A stretch of 18,371 nt of DNA from Candidatus Hadarchaeota archaeon (GTDB taxonomy: Archaea > CAYQAE01 > CAYVLA01): assembly GCA_964452145.1 (NCBI GenBank), contig CAYVLA010000066.1:1-18371 (forward strand), written 5' to 3'. Positions 1 to 7,911 of this stretch are shown one piece after another; positions within the stretch are counted from its first letter, which is position 1, and the number at the start of each line of letters is the position of its first letter. A program made the translations under genes and the position numbers. The notes under the pieces were generated by a model that had not been told where the DNA came from, did no database searches, and saw only the letters and a list, made by a program, of their open reading frames with translations.

Positions 1-1
1 A

Positions 2-946
2 GGCGCAGGATGGATCTACTGCCTTAACTACGATGGCTCAGAGCGATGGAAATTCCAGATGGTGGACGGCACGAACAGCGGGCCCACGGTCTGGGATGTC
101 GATCGGGACGGCGTGATGGAGGTCCTCGTTCCCTGCTCCAATGGCAAGCTGCTCTACTGCCTGAACGCCAACGGGGTTGAGGAGTGGCGATTCCCATTCG
201 GTGACAAGCCCGGTCAGGTGACCCCATGCGTCGCGGACATAGACCGAGACAACGAGTACGAGATTCTGGTGATGGTTCCTGACGAGCTCAAGCTGTACTG
301 CCTGTCCTTCTACGGGACCGAGAAGTGGGCATTCAGCCTTGACCCCACTGCAGCGGCGACAGGTTATGTGGCCGAGAAGATCGGAATCGGTGACATCGAT
401 GGCGACGGGTTCATGGAGGTGTTCACGTCGGACCTCGGTGTCGGTGCAGCTGGCCCGGAGCCCCATCTGTACTGTATAAGCCACGACGGGAAGCTGAAGT
501 GGAAGGGCAGTGCGATAGGCTTCACGCATCTGATCGGAGACTTCACCGGTGATGGCAAGATGAACGTGGTCGGGGGCAGGGGCTTCTGGCAGATAATGGT
601 CCTGGATTCCAACGGGCAGATAACGCATCTCTGGGACCACCTGAAGTACAACCCGAAGATCCCCATCGATCCCAACTTCGGTGCGCCCCTCTGGGGCCCG
701 TCCGATGTGGGTCAGATAATGGGCGATGTGGATGGGGACGGGAAGGTTGAGTGGGTCCTCGAATCCGACCCGGACAGCATGATCTATTGTTTCACGGCGA
801 ACGGCGCCTACAATCCCAACAATATGATCTGGCCAAGATCATACAACTCAGCTGGAAACGTCGCGGTGATCCCTATCGCCGAAGGGGCATTGCTGCCACT
901 TGCAGCACTCTGGCTGCTGGCAGCCTCAGGCCGCATGAAGCGCTAG
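2..946 (+). CDS. FG-GAP/VCBS-repeat beta-propeller surface protein with C-terminal membrane anchor (5'-truncated by window edge)
   Basis: Frame is open from base 2 (GAGWIYCLNYDGSERWKFQM...). Repeated Ca-binding DxDxDG-type motifs (DVDRDG, DIDRDN, DIDGDG, DFTGDG, DVDGDG) alternate with YCL/I-x3-G-x3-W blades. It ends in a hydrophobic helix plus basic tail (GALLPLAALWLLAASGRMKR). Confidence 0.85.
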   Translation, partial: GAGWIYCLNYDGSERWKFQMVDGTNSGPTVWDVDRDGVMEVLVPCSNGKLLYCLNANGVEEWRFPFGDKPGQVTPCVADIDRDNEYEILVMVPDELKLYCLSFYGTEKWAFSLDPTAAATGYVAEKIGIGDIDGDGFMEVFTSDLGVGAAGPEPHLYCISHDGKLKWKGSAIGFTHLIGDFTGDGKMNVVGGRGFWQIMVLDSNGQITHLWDHLKYNPKIPIDPNFGAPLWGPSDVGQIMGDVDGDGKVEWVLESDPDSMIYCFTANGAYNPNNMIWPRSYNSAGNVAVIPIAEGALLPLAALWLLAASGRMKR

Positions 947-1017
947 GCTCTCCGCGACATTTCTTTTTCATATCTGCCCTGCCTAGCCGTGATAAGGCAC
1001 AACCGAGGGACCTTGCC

Positions 1018-2145
1018 ATGCCCGAGATAACCGATCTGGAGATATTCCCCGTCGAGATACCCTTCAGAACCCCCTTCCTTCTATCCCGGGGATACGTTGG
1101 GGCGCCGGGGAAGCCGGGCCGCCACGTCTATCTTAGACTCACCACGCGGGATGGCGAGACGGGATGGGGAGAATCCAGACCCATGCCGACTTGGAGCTAC
1201 GAGACGCTGGAGAGCGTCTGCACCACCCTCAAGCTCCACATCGCCCCCATACTCGTTGGCGTGGACTGCTCATCCATAAGGGAGATTCGATCCAGGATCG
1301 ATCGAGCCATCACCCCCTCGGTGAGCGCCAGCCAACCGTTCGCCATCTCGGCCGTCGAGCAGGCCCTCTTCGACATACTCGGAAAGAGGGCCGGGTTGGC
1401 TCTTCACGAGATCCTGGGCGGCAGCCTAAAGGACAGGATGGAGCTCTGCTACATGGTCTCGGGCCATGAGGATTCCTCCTTCCAGGAAGCCGTCGGGGCC
1501 CGGAGGAGGGGTTATACCTGCTTCAAGATCAAGATAGCGGGGGACCCCGAGCAGGACGTGGAGCGACTGAGAATGCTGTCCGACAGCGTTGGCGGTGCCC
1601 GGATATGGGCCGATGCAAATCAGGCATACGACGCGTCAAGCCTGCGAAGGTTCCTGACGCTGGCCTCGGGGATACCCAACATCTCGTGCGTCGAGCAACC
1701 TCTCCCCACCCAGGACTATTTCGGTCTCCAGCGGGTGGCAGCCCACAGCCCCATCCCGATCGCGGTGGACGAATCGATCTTCACCCACTACGACCTGCTC
1801 CGGGTCCACTCGATGGGATGCGCCGATGCGGCGGTGATGAAGATCGCGAAATCCGGGATACTGATGACCCAGAAGATGGCGGCGGTCGCCGAATCCGCGG
1901 GCATCCAGCTGCTCGGAAGCGGGATGACGGAGAGCGGCGTCGGGTTCGCCGCTTCAATCCACACCTTCTCAGCGCTGCCCATGCTCCTTCCCGTCGACAC
2001 GAACGGTCCGCAGTTCCTATCCGAGATGTTGGTGGATGGCCTACAGATCGAGGAACCCTGCGTCAAGGTTCCCAAGGGGCCGGGACTCGGCGTGAAGGTT
2101 CGAGAGGATAGGCTCGCACGGCTGGGGATTCAACTGGCCATGTGA
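1018..2145 (+). CDS. Mandelate racemase/muconate lactonizing enzyme family protein (enolase superfamily; dipeptide epimerase/MLE-like)
   Basis: N-domain motifs GETGWGES and SAVEQALFDILGK; KxK (FKIKI); metal ligands DANQ, EQP, DES; second Lys (MKIAKSG); C-terminal PKGPGLG. Start placed at ATG 1018 (GAGGG upstream) instead of the ORF-track start, which overlaps the previous gene. Confidence 0.9.
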   Translation: MPEITDLEIFPVEIPFRTPFLLSRGYVGAPGKPGRHVYLRLTTRDGETGWGESRPMPTWSYETLESVCTTLKLHIAPILVGVDCSSIREIRSRIDRAITPSVSASQPFAISAVEQALFDILGKRAGLALHEILGGSLKDRMELCYMVSGHEDSSFQEAVGARRRGYTCFKIKIAGDPEQDVERLRMLSDSVGGARIWADANQAYDASSLRRFLTLASGIPNISCVEQPLPTQDYFGLQRVAAHSPIPIAVDESIFTHYDLLRVHSMGCADAAVMKIAKSGILMTQKMAAVAESAGIQLLGSGMTESGVGFAASIHTFSALPMLLPVDTNGPQFLSEMLVDGLQIEEPCVKVPKGPGLGVKVREDRLARLGIQLAM

Positions 2146-2304
2146 AGAGATGGACGGAAGCAGGCAAAGGGCCGAGGAGGGCATGCACGCTGGATTCGTC
2201 GACCCTATCGCCCGGGGACCAGGTAACGCTGCAGCAACACGAAAGGCAACCTGCCCCGCAGCCGGCTGGTGGCCGGCCGGTAGCCGTCAGTCAGCCCCGT
2301 TAGA

Positions 2305-2312
2305 GATATAAA
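2305..2312 (+). promoter_or_regulatory. Putative TATA box of the rpa3-pcn transcript
   Basis: GATATAAA in otherwise GC-rich intergenic DNA, about 40 nt before ATG 2351. Confidence 0.55.
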
Positions 2313-2350
2313 CCCCCTTCGACGGCATACGTTCGGTCCCCTTGGAGAGG

Positions 2351-2653
2351 ATGAAGCGGCAGCCGGCCGTGGAGAGGAGGATCAAAGAGATCAAGCCTTC
2401 GGATACCATGGTTCGCATCCTCGGAACTGCTCTCGAAGTCAGGGAACGGGACTTCCTTCTGGATGACGGCGAATCCCAGATACCGGTCATAGCAGACCCG
2501 GACCGGGTTCAGATGATCAAGCAGGGTCAGAGGATCAGGGTCATCGGAAGGATTTTTAAGGATCCCGAGCCGGTCGTGCAAGGGGAAATAGTCCAGGACA
2601 TGGAGAAGCTGGACCTTGATCTCTACAGAAGGGTCAGAAAGCTTCTAGGTTGA
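2351..2653 (+). CDS. rpa3: Replication protein A small subunit (Rpa3/RPA14-like single OB fold)
   Basis: R-x-PAVERxI, V-x-I-x-G, LLDDG, RVIG and EIVQD...LDLDLY match my recollection of Thermococcales RPA14. GGAGAGG SD precedes ATG 2351. Confidence 0.8.
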   Translation: MKRQPAVERRIKEIKPSDTMVRILGTALEVRERDFLLDDGESQIPVIADPDRVQMIKQGQRIRVIGRIFKDPEPVVQGEIVQDMEKLDLDLYRRVRKLLG

Positions 2654-2680
2654 TGCACATCGATCAATGGGGTGTGTCGG

Positions 2681-3427
2681 ATGTTCGAGGCAAGCATGGC
2701 TCAAGCAGCGGTTTGGAAGAGATGTATTGACGCGATCTCTACCCTCATTGAGGAAGGGATCTTCTCGGTGACCACGACCAAGATCAGATTCAACTCCATG
2801 GATCCGGCCCGGATATCGATGGTGGACTTCGAGATCAGCTCGGAGGCGTTCGAGAGCTACAAGCTCGATGCGCCCAAGAACATCGGCCTGAATCTGGAGG
2901 ACATGAACAAGATGCTCCGAAGGGCCCGGCCAGGGGACCGGCTTAGGATGAACCTCGAGGAGCAGACCAACAGATTCGTGCTGACCTCGGAGGGAGTCTC
3001 GGTCACAACCTTCAGCATTCCTCTGCTGGATCTCGGCGAGACGACCTCCCCCACGCCCCAGATCCCCTTCACGGCCACGATCAAGATGGAGGCAGGCGTC
3101 CTTTCCGAGGCACTCAAGGACGTCGGGATCGTGGGCGACCACGTCACCCTGAGGGCAACACAGGATTTTCTGCGTTTGGAAGGGGAGAGCGATGTGGAAA
3201 GCGTCAACGTCAGGCTGAACAAGCAGAGCGAGGGGATGGCCCATATGGAGGTCAAGGGAGAGTGCCGGGCCATCTACATCATCTCGTATCTGCAGAACAT
3301 GCTGAGGGCGGCCGAGACAACGGATGTGGTCGAGGTGGAGTTCGGCCAGGACCTACCGCTGCGCATGACGGTGCCGATTGAAGGAGGCCGGATTGCCTTC
3401 CTTCTCGCGCCAAGGGTCGAAGACTGA
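2681..3427 (+). CDS. pcn: DNA polymerase sliding clamp PCNA
   Basis: MDPARISMV, IGLNLEDMNKMLRRA, YLQNM, FGQDLP and C-terminal FLLAPRVE; about 248 aa; GGGGTG SD before ATG 2681. Confidence 0.97.
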   Translation: MFEASMAQAAVWKRCIDAISTLIEEGIFSVTTTKIRFNSMDPARISMVDFEISSEAFESYKLDAPKNIGLNLEDMNKMLRRARPGDRLRMNLEEQTNRFVLTSEGVSVTTFSIPLLDLGETTSPTPQIPFTATIKMEAGVLSEALKDVGIVGDHVTLRATQDFLRLEGESDVESVNVRLNKQSEGMAHMEVKGECRAIYIISYLQNMLRAAETTDVVEVEFGQDLPLRMTVPIEGGRIAFLLAPRVED

Positions 3428-3467
3428 GCAAGCCCGGCCTCGAGAGCACCGACGCCCCGGAATAGAG

Positions 3468-3475
3468 TTTTATGA
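3468..3475 (+). promoter_or_regulatory. Putative internal TATA box for a leaderless gins51-onward transcript
   Basis: TTTTATGA ends about 24 nt before ATG 3499, which has no SD. Confidence 0.45.
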
Positions 3476-3498
3476 TCGAATGATCAGCCCACCCATCC

Positions 3499-4143
3499 AT
3501 GATCACCTACGCACAGGCCAAGGAAGTCTGGATCAGGGAGATCCTCTCTGACAAGCTCGAAACGCTTCCGGAGGGATTCCTGGACGATCTTCTCCGGACG
3601 ATGGAGTCCCTGGATGCGAAGATAGACTCCTTGAAGGGTTCTGAGCCCCAGCGATCGCTGCTAGTGGGCATGAGCGATAGGCTGCACATCCTAGCGGAGC
3701 AGATCCTGAGGTCGAGATGCGCCAAGATACTGGCCCTATCTGCCGAAGGGGTGGACATCTCCGGACTTGGCCCGGAGGAGATGCTGCTCTACGAGCAGGG
3801 AAGGAAGCTTGTCCGATCCCATGAGGAAAGATTTTATAGGTTTTCGAGGGAAGGAGCCGGTGGAACTTCTCCCGCCATGAGCACGGAGTCGGCCTCGGCC
3901 GAGGCCCCGAGTGCCATGGCTGCGACAACGAAGCAGAGGAAGGCTCGGGAGTCCAGGGGCGTGCCCGCCGAGGAGCTCCACAAGATCATCAGGGTCGTGA
4001 GGGAGTTCCCGTGCTTCGTCGGACCCGATCTCAGGAGCTACGGACCCTTCGCGAAGGAGGACATCGTGGCGCTCCCGGACGAGGTTTCGGAGATCCTCTT
4101 GACGAAGAAGGTGGCAGAAAGAGTAGCAACAACCGGTGAATAG
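3499..4143 (+). CDS. gins51: DNA replication complex GINS subunit (Gins51/Gins15, A-B domain order)
   Basis: Helical A domain (LETLPEGF, RxxKI, LxPEE-x2-LY), low-complexity linker, C-terminal B domain FVGPDLRSYGPFxxEDIVxLP; canonical position between pcn and rpl44e. Confidence 0.88.
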   Translation: MITYAQAKEVWIREILSDKLETLPEGFLDDLLRTMESLDAKIDSLKGSEPQRSLLVGMSDRLHILAEQILRSRCAKILALSAEGVDISGLGPEEMLLYEQGRKLVRSHEERFYRFSREGAGGTSPAMSTESASAEAPSAMAATTKQRKARESRGVPAEELHKIIRVVREFPCFVGPDLRSYGPFAKEDIVALPDEVSEILLTKKVAERVATTGE

Positions 4144-4144
4144 C

Positions 4145-4438
4145 ATGAAGATGCCGAGGAAGATCACCATCTACTGTCCCAAGTGCCGGACTCACACCGA
4201 GCATACCATATCCCGGGCGCGGAAGAAGAAGAGAGGAGAACTCCGAAAGGGCCACAGAAGATTCAGGCGGAAGGTCAAGCCGACCGGCAAGACCCGCGGC
4301 GCGAGAGGCTTCCCGAAATCGAAACAGAAAAGAGAGAAGCCGACCAAGCGTCATGACCTGCGCTTCTCATGCTCCAAGTGCAAGAAGTCCCAGACGAGGC
4401 CGGGGTTCCGGATAAAGACGCTGGAATTCACGGATTAG
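4145..4438 (+). CDS. rpl44e: 50S ribosomal protein L44e (eL42)
   Basis: MKMPRKITIYCPKCRTHTEH...KPTKRHDLRFSCSKCKK; position in the conserved operon. Confidence 0.95.
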   Translation: MKMPRKITIYCPKCRTHTEHTISRARKKKRGELRKGHRRFRRKVKPTGKTRGARGFPKSKQKREKPTKRHDLRFSCSKCKKSQTRPGFRIKTLEFTD

Positions 4439-4450
4439 GAGGCCGAAACG

Positions 4451-4651
4451 ATGGAAGAGAAGATCAAGAAGCACATCCCGGTTCCGAAGTCACGCTTTCT
4501 CAGGGTTAGGTGTTCAAGCTGCGGCAACGAACAGGTCATCTTCGGGTCCCCGGCGACCCTGGTCAAGTGCGTGGTCTGCGAGAACACCTTGGCTGTGCCG
4601 CAGTCCGGGAAAGGCAAGATCAGCACAACGATAATAGAGGTCCTTGAATAG
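4451..4651 (+). CDS. rps27e: 30S ribosomal protein S27e (eS27)
   Basis: [20 protein letters not shown]...CVVC...P-x2-GK zinc ribbon; GGAGG SD. Confidence 0.97.
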   Translation: MEEKIKKHIPVPKSRFLRVRCSSCGNEQVIFGSPATLVKCVVCENTLAVPQSGKGKISTTIIEVLE

Positions 4652-4662
4652 GGGGATGTCGC

Positions 4663-5466
4663 ATGTCTGGTGTCCTGGGCGATGGATGGCCAAAGGAAGG
4701 CGAGGTGGTCATGTGCACCGTGCAGAAGGTCGAGAAGTTCGGAGCCTTCCTCAGCCTGGATGAGTTCGGGGGAAAGGAGGGTTTCATCCATATCTCCGAG
4801 GTCTCCACCAACTGGGTCAAGAATATCAGGGACTTTTTCAAAGAGGGCCGCAAGGTAGTGGCCAAGGTGATGCGCGTGGACCTCTCAAAGGCCCACATAG
4901 ACCTCTCCCTGAAGAGAACGACTGAGCAGCAGAAGAGATACAAACTCCAGCAATGGAAACAGAAACAGAAGGCCGAGAAGCTCTTGGAGCTGATAACCAA
5001 GAAGCTGGGCAAGACCCCCCAGGAGGCCAAGGCCGAGGTCGTCGACAGACTCCTCGTCAGCCACCCCGATCTATACTCCGCCTTCGAGGAAGTGGTGGCG
5101 ACCGGTAAGGAAGTGCTCATCAGACAGAACGTGCCAGGAGAATGGGTGGATGCGCTCTACCCCTTGCTGATGCAGAGCATCCAGATCCCCAGCGTCAGCA
5201 TCGACGGCCAGCTCTCCGTGCAGTGCTACGAGCCCAACGGGGTCGAGATCGTGAGCAACGCTCTGGCAGAACTGGCAAAGCCCGCAGATGGAGAGAGTGA
5301 CATCAAGGTCTCGGTCCAAGTCATCGGGCCGCCGAGGTACAGAATCACGGTTCGGGCAGGCGACTACAAGACGGCCGAGGGGGTCCTTCAGAAGAGGGTC
5401 GAGACGATTGGGGCCCGACTGAAGCCTTTCGACCACACCTTCTCCTTCTCCAGACCGGCCAAGTGA
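4663..5466 (+). CDS. eif2a: Translation initiation factor aIF2 subunit alpha
   Basis: S1 domain (EGFIHISEVSTNWVKNIRDF, IDLSLKR), KAEKLLE, PNGVE, GPPRYRI, DYKTAE. Confidence 0.97.
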   Translation: MSGVLGDGWPKEGEVVMCTVQKVEKFGAFLSLDEFGGKEGFIHISEVSTNWVKNIRDFFKEGRKVVAKVMRVDLSKAHIDLSLKRTTEQQKRYKLQQWKQKQKAEKLLELITKKLGKTPQEAKAEVVDRLLVSHPDLYSAFEEVVATGKEVLIRQNVPGEWVDALYPLLMQSIQIPSVSIDGQLSVQCYEPNGVEIVSNALAELAKPADGESDIKVSVQVIGPPRYRITVRAGDYKTAEGVLQKRVETIGARLKPFDHTFSFSRPAK

Positions 5467-5475
5467 GGCGGGGGC

Positions 5476-5643
5476 TTGAAGAAGCTCAAGATCTGCAAGG
5501 CCTGCCGTGTCTACAGCTTGGAGTCCCTCTGCAAGAGGTGCGGAGGACCGACCTTCAGTCCCCACCCAGCCAGGTTCTCGCCCCAAGACAAGTTCGGGAG
5601 ATACCGGCGGATGATCAAGGACCGGAGGAGGGGCGAGGCTTGA
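5476..5643 (+). CDS. nop10: H/ACA RNP protein Nop10 (55 aa, TTG start; absent from the ORF track)
   Basis: Hand translation: MKKLKICKACRVYSLESLCKRCGGPTFSPHPARFSPQDKFGRYRRMIKDRRRGEA. CxxC/CxxC plus HPARFSPxDKxxxYR is the Nop10 signature; canonical position after aIF2-alpha. Confidence 0.95.
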   Translation: MKKLKICKACRVYSLESLCKRCGGPTFSPHPARFSPQDKFGRYRRMIKDRRRGEA

Positions 5644-6419
5644 AGGATTTCGAGATCATTCTCGAAGAGACCCCGAAGCTCACGCGGCCCGTCTTCCTGG
5701 AGGGCTTGCCTGGGATAGGGAACGTTGGTCGCCTCTGCGCCCAACACCTCGTAGGGCTCTTCTCGGCCAAGAGATTTGGCGGAGTACACTCGTCATCCTT
5801 CCCTCACCAAGTCAAGGCCCTTCCCGATGGAACCGTTCGACTCATGAGGAACGACCTGTACTACATCACCGATCCCAGGGAGATCATCATCCTCTCCGGC
5901 GATATGCAGCCGCTACCGACGGACTTCAGGAGCCACTACCGAATGTCCCAATCGATCCTTGAGCTTTGCGCCAGCCTCGGCGTCGAACTGGTGATCACAA
6001 TGGGTGGCTATGGGTCCTCAGGGAACAAGTCCCACGGCCAGAGAGTGTTTCTGGCAGCGTCCGTGCCTGAACTGGCCCGAGAGTACGCCGATCTCGGAAC
6101 GGACCTGCTGGACGGAGGACACGCCACGCCGATAGTCGGCGCAACCGGCCTCATCCCGGCCATGGCGGCACGCTTCGGAACCAAGGCGATCTGCCTTCTG
6201 GGTGAAACCTCCGCCAGCATAAGGCCCGATGCGGAAGCGGCCGCCCGGGTCCTCCGGAGAGTAGCACAAGTCCTCAAGATCGAGATAGACCTCTCCGGAC
6301 TGAAGGATTCGGCCGAGCTGATCGAGAAGGAGATGAAGGACATCATCAAGAGAATCGAGGAGGTCGAGGGGATCGAGACCGGCTTGCGTGAGGAGGGGCG
6401 CGACCGCTATATATACTAG
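5640..6419 (+). CDS. PAC2 family proteasome assembly chaperone-like protein
   Basis: EGLPGIGNVG, FPHQV, GDxQP, ITMGGY, IVGATGL, CLLGET, DAEAA. TTG 5640 overlaps the nop10 stop (TTGA) and has a GGAGGAGG SD. Confidence 0.9.
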   Translation: MKDFEIILEETPKLTRPVFLEGLPGIGNVGRLCAQHLVGLFSAKRFGGVHSSSFPHQVKALPDGTVRLMRNDLYYITDPREIIILSGDMQPLPTDFRSHYRMSQSILELCASLGVELVITMGGYGSSGNKSHGQRVFLAASVPELAREYADLGTDLLDGGHATPIVGATGLIPAMAARFGTKAICLLGETSASIRPDAEAAARVLRRVAQVLKIEIDLSGLKDSAELIEKEMKDIIKRIEEVEGIETGLREEGRDRYIY

Positions 6420-6461
6420 GCACGGCGCCGGATGCCGCGAGGGACGTGGCCTTGCACCACG

Positions 6462-6483
6462 ACGGTGACCCGCTCACCGTTTT
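6462..6483 (+). terminator. Hairpin plus short T tract after the pcn-PAC2 cluster
   Basis: ACGGTGA-cccgc-TCACCGT-TTT: perfect 7-bp stem about 40 nt after the PAC2 stop. Confidence 0.45.
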
Positions 6484-6619
6484 CAGAACACCTTAAGGTC
6501 TTGGACCAGGCATTGAATCTCATGGCTGTCGGACAACCTGACGGGCCTTGGGAGCCGATTCTGGGATCACAATCAACCAGGTCAGCCACTCAACCACGAC
6601 TACGACGACTACGATAACC

Positions 6620-6626
6620 TTTATAT
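6620..6626 (+). promoter_or_regulatory. TATA box of rps26e
   Basis: TTTATAT about 37 nt before ATG 6664. Confidence 0.6.
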
Positions 6627-6663
6627 CCCGAACAACCGGACTCCGATCGTTCCGTGAGACCTT

Positions 6664-6909
6664 ATGACCCACCGCAAGAAGAAGATGAAGAAATGGGGAC
6701 CCTACAGAAAGGGCGTAGGACGTCAGAGGAGCGTTGCCTGCACGTATTGCGGGCGGTCGGTCCCGCGCACGAAGGCCACAGCTGTGGAGCGAGGAATGCG
6801 TCTGGGAGATCTGAGGTCTCTGGGGATCCGACGTGACCAGGTGATGCTGCCCACCTACAAGTCCTACGCATGCATCTCCTGTGCCAAGCACCGCAAGCTT
6901 ATCAAGTAG
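6664..6909 (+). CDS. rps26e: 30S ribosomal protein S26e (eS26), short form
   Basis: Basic 81-aa protein with V-x-CxxCGRxVPRxKA and YxCISCAxH, the two zinc-ligand motifs of eS26. Confidence 0.85.
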   Translation: MTHRKKKMKKWGPYRKGVGRQRSVACTYCGRSVPRTKATAVERGMRLGDLRSLGIRRDQVMLPTYKSYACISCAKHRKLIK

Positions 6910-7900
6910 CCTCTGCCGCTGCGGGTTGCTGGGCGGGCTCCTCATGGCCGGCGCACTTGGTGCACATGCTCCTGTCCTTCAGGTAGTGATCGGGACATAC
7001 ATAGAAGCCACATGAGTTGCAGAACACCCTGTGTCTGTCGCAGATCGCCTCTCTGCAGACCCGGCAACGGATCGTGATGGCAACCGAGTCGCAGAACTTG
7101 CACCTCAGGGCACCCTTCTTCCTCTGCTCAAGAACCCTTGCCCTCTCACCCGGGTTGATGACGTTCAACATCGTGCTGTGGACGATCTTGACAAGCCCGC
7201 TGGGAGCGGTCGCAGCAACCCTGAACCTGCCTCCAAGCGACTCAACCTCGTCACCCACACGGACGGAATGCCCTACGATGTCCTCCTTGGCAAACTTGCG
7301 GAGGAGTTCGGAAGCCTTGTAGCTCAGGAAGCTCTGGGGCTCCAGCACAAGCACCTTGGCATCCTCCAGATCGGAACTCGTCTTTCGCGTCGAGGATGAG
7401 GTCATCCTTACCCTGACTTTCTTGGCCTTGCCCTTGGCCGCGCACTCGATGCATGTGTAGCTAGCCTCGTCGTAGCAATCTTGGCAGATGAACTTGCCGC
7501 AGACCAGGCAGTGCGCGTTTCCCAGCCCGACACCGCAGATGGGACACGTGAGGCATTCCTCGCAGAAGCCGGCCAGAGGAGCTTTGGGATGGGCGCACTT
7601 GTACCCAAACCTCCGACCGCATTCGGGACACGTCTCCCGGCCAAACTCAACTCCGCAGATATCGCACTTGCCGCTAGCCAGTCGAAGGCCCAACCCCTTG
7701 CCCATGAACTTCAACAGCGCCAGGAGACCACCCGACACAGCTGCCATTATGAAAACTGCCACAACGGTGTCGTTGAAGACGCCGAGCAGAAAGTAGAGCC
7801 TGATGCCAATGTAGACGCTGAGGACGAAGCCCACCAAGGCAAGGGAGTTCCCGATGTACCGGAAGACGTCGGCATATCCCGTTCTTCTCATGGTCGCCAT
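6902..7900 (-). CDS. Membrane-anchored multi-zinc-finger protein with a CDC48-Nc (beta-clam)-like domain
   Basis: Two N-terminal hydrophobic helices; 25 Cys in CxxC/CxxH pairs (aa 79-153 and 267-316); aa 181-248 resemble CDC48 domain 2. GGAGGT SD; starts 11 nt after the ABC ATPase stop. Confidence 0.8.
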   Translation of the reverse strand: MATMRRTGYADVFRYIGNSLALVGFVLSVYIGIRLYFLLGVFNDTVVAVFIMAAVSGGLLALLKFMGKGLGLRLASGKCDICGVEFGRETCPECGRRFGYKCAHPKAPLAGFCEECLTCPICGVGLGNAHCLVCGKFICQDCYDEASYTCIECAAKGKAKKVRVRMTSSSTRKTSSDLEDAKVLVLEPQSFLSYKASELLRKFAKEDIVGHSVRVGDEVESLGGRFRVAATAPSGLVKIVHSTMLNVINPGERARVLEQRKKGALRCKFCDSVAITIRCRVCREAICDRHRVFCNSCGFYVCPDHYLKDRSMCTKCAGHEEPAQQPAAAEAT

Positions 7901-7911
7901 TCCACAACCTC

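Noticed and set aside
751..1017. N-terminal extension of the enolase-family ORF in the track
   Set aside because: Overlaps the FG-GAP gene and the intergenic T-rich tract; family similarity starts at MPEITDLEIF (1018).
2146..2300. GC-rich hairpins as a possible ncRNA
   Set aside because: No tRNA, SRP, RNase P or C/D box pattern recognisable; the stems are expected at this GC content.
3850..3960. Ala/Ser/Thr-rich stretch in GINS as a possible insertion or intein
   Set aside because: No intein motifs; a variable linker between the A and B domains is normal for Gins51.
5463..5639. 58-aa N-terminal extension of the PAC2 ORF
   Set aside because: It is an alternate frame of nop10; PAC2 has its own SD and TTG at 5640.
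6405..6419. Possible proteasome-activating HbYX motif at the PAC2 C-terminus
   Set aside because: The protein ends DRYIY; the penultimate residue is Ile, so it is not a canonical HbYX and resembles the YIG ending usual for this family.
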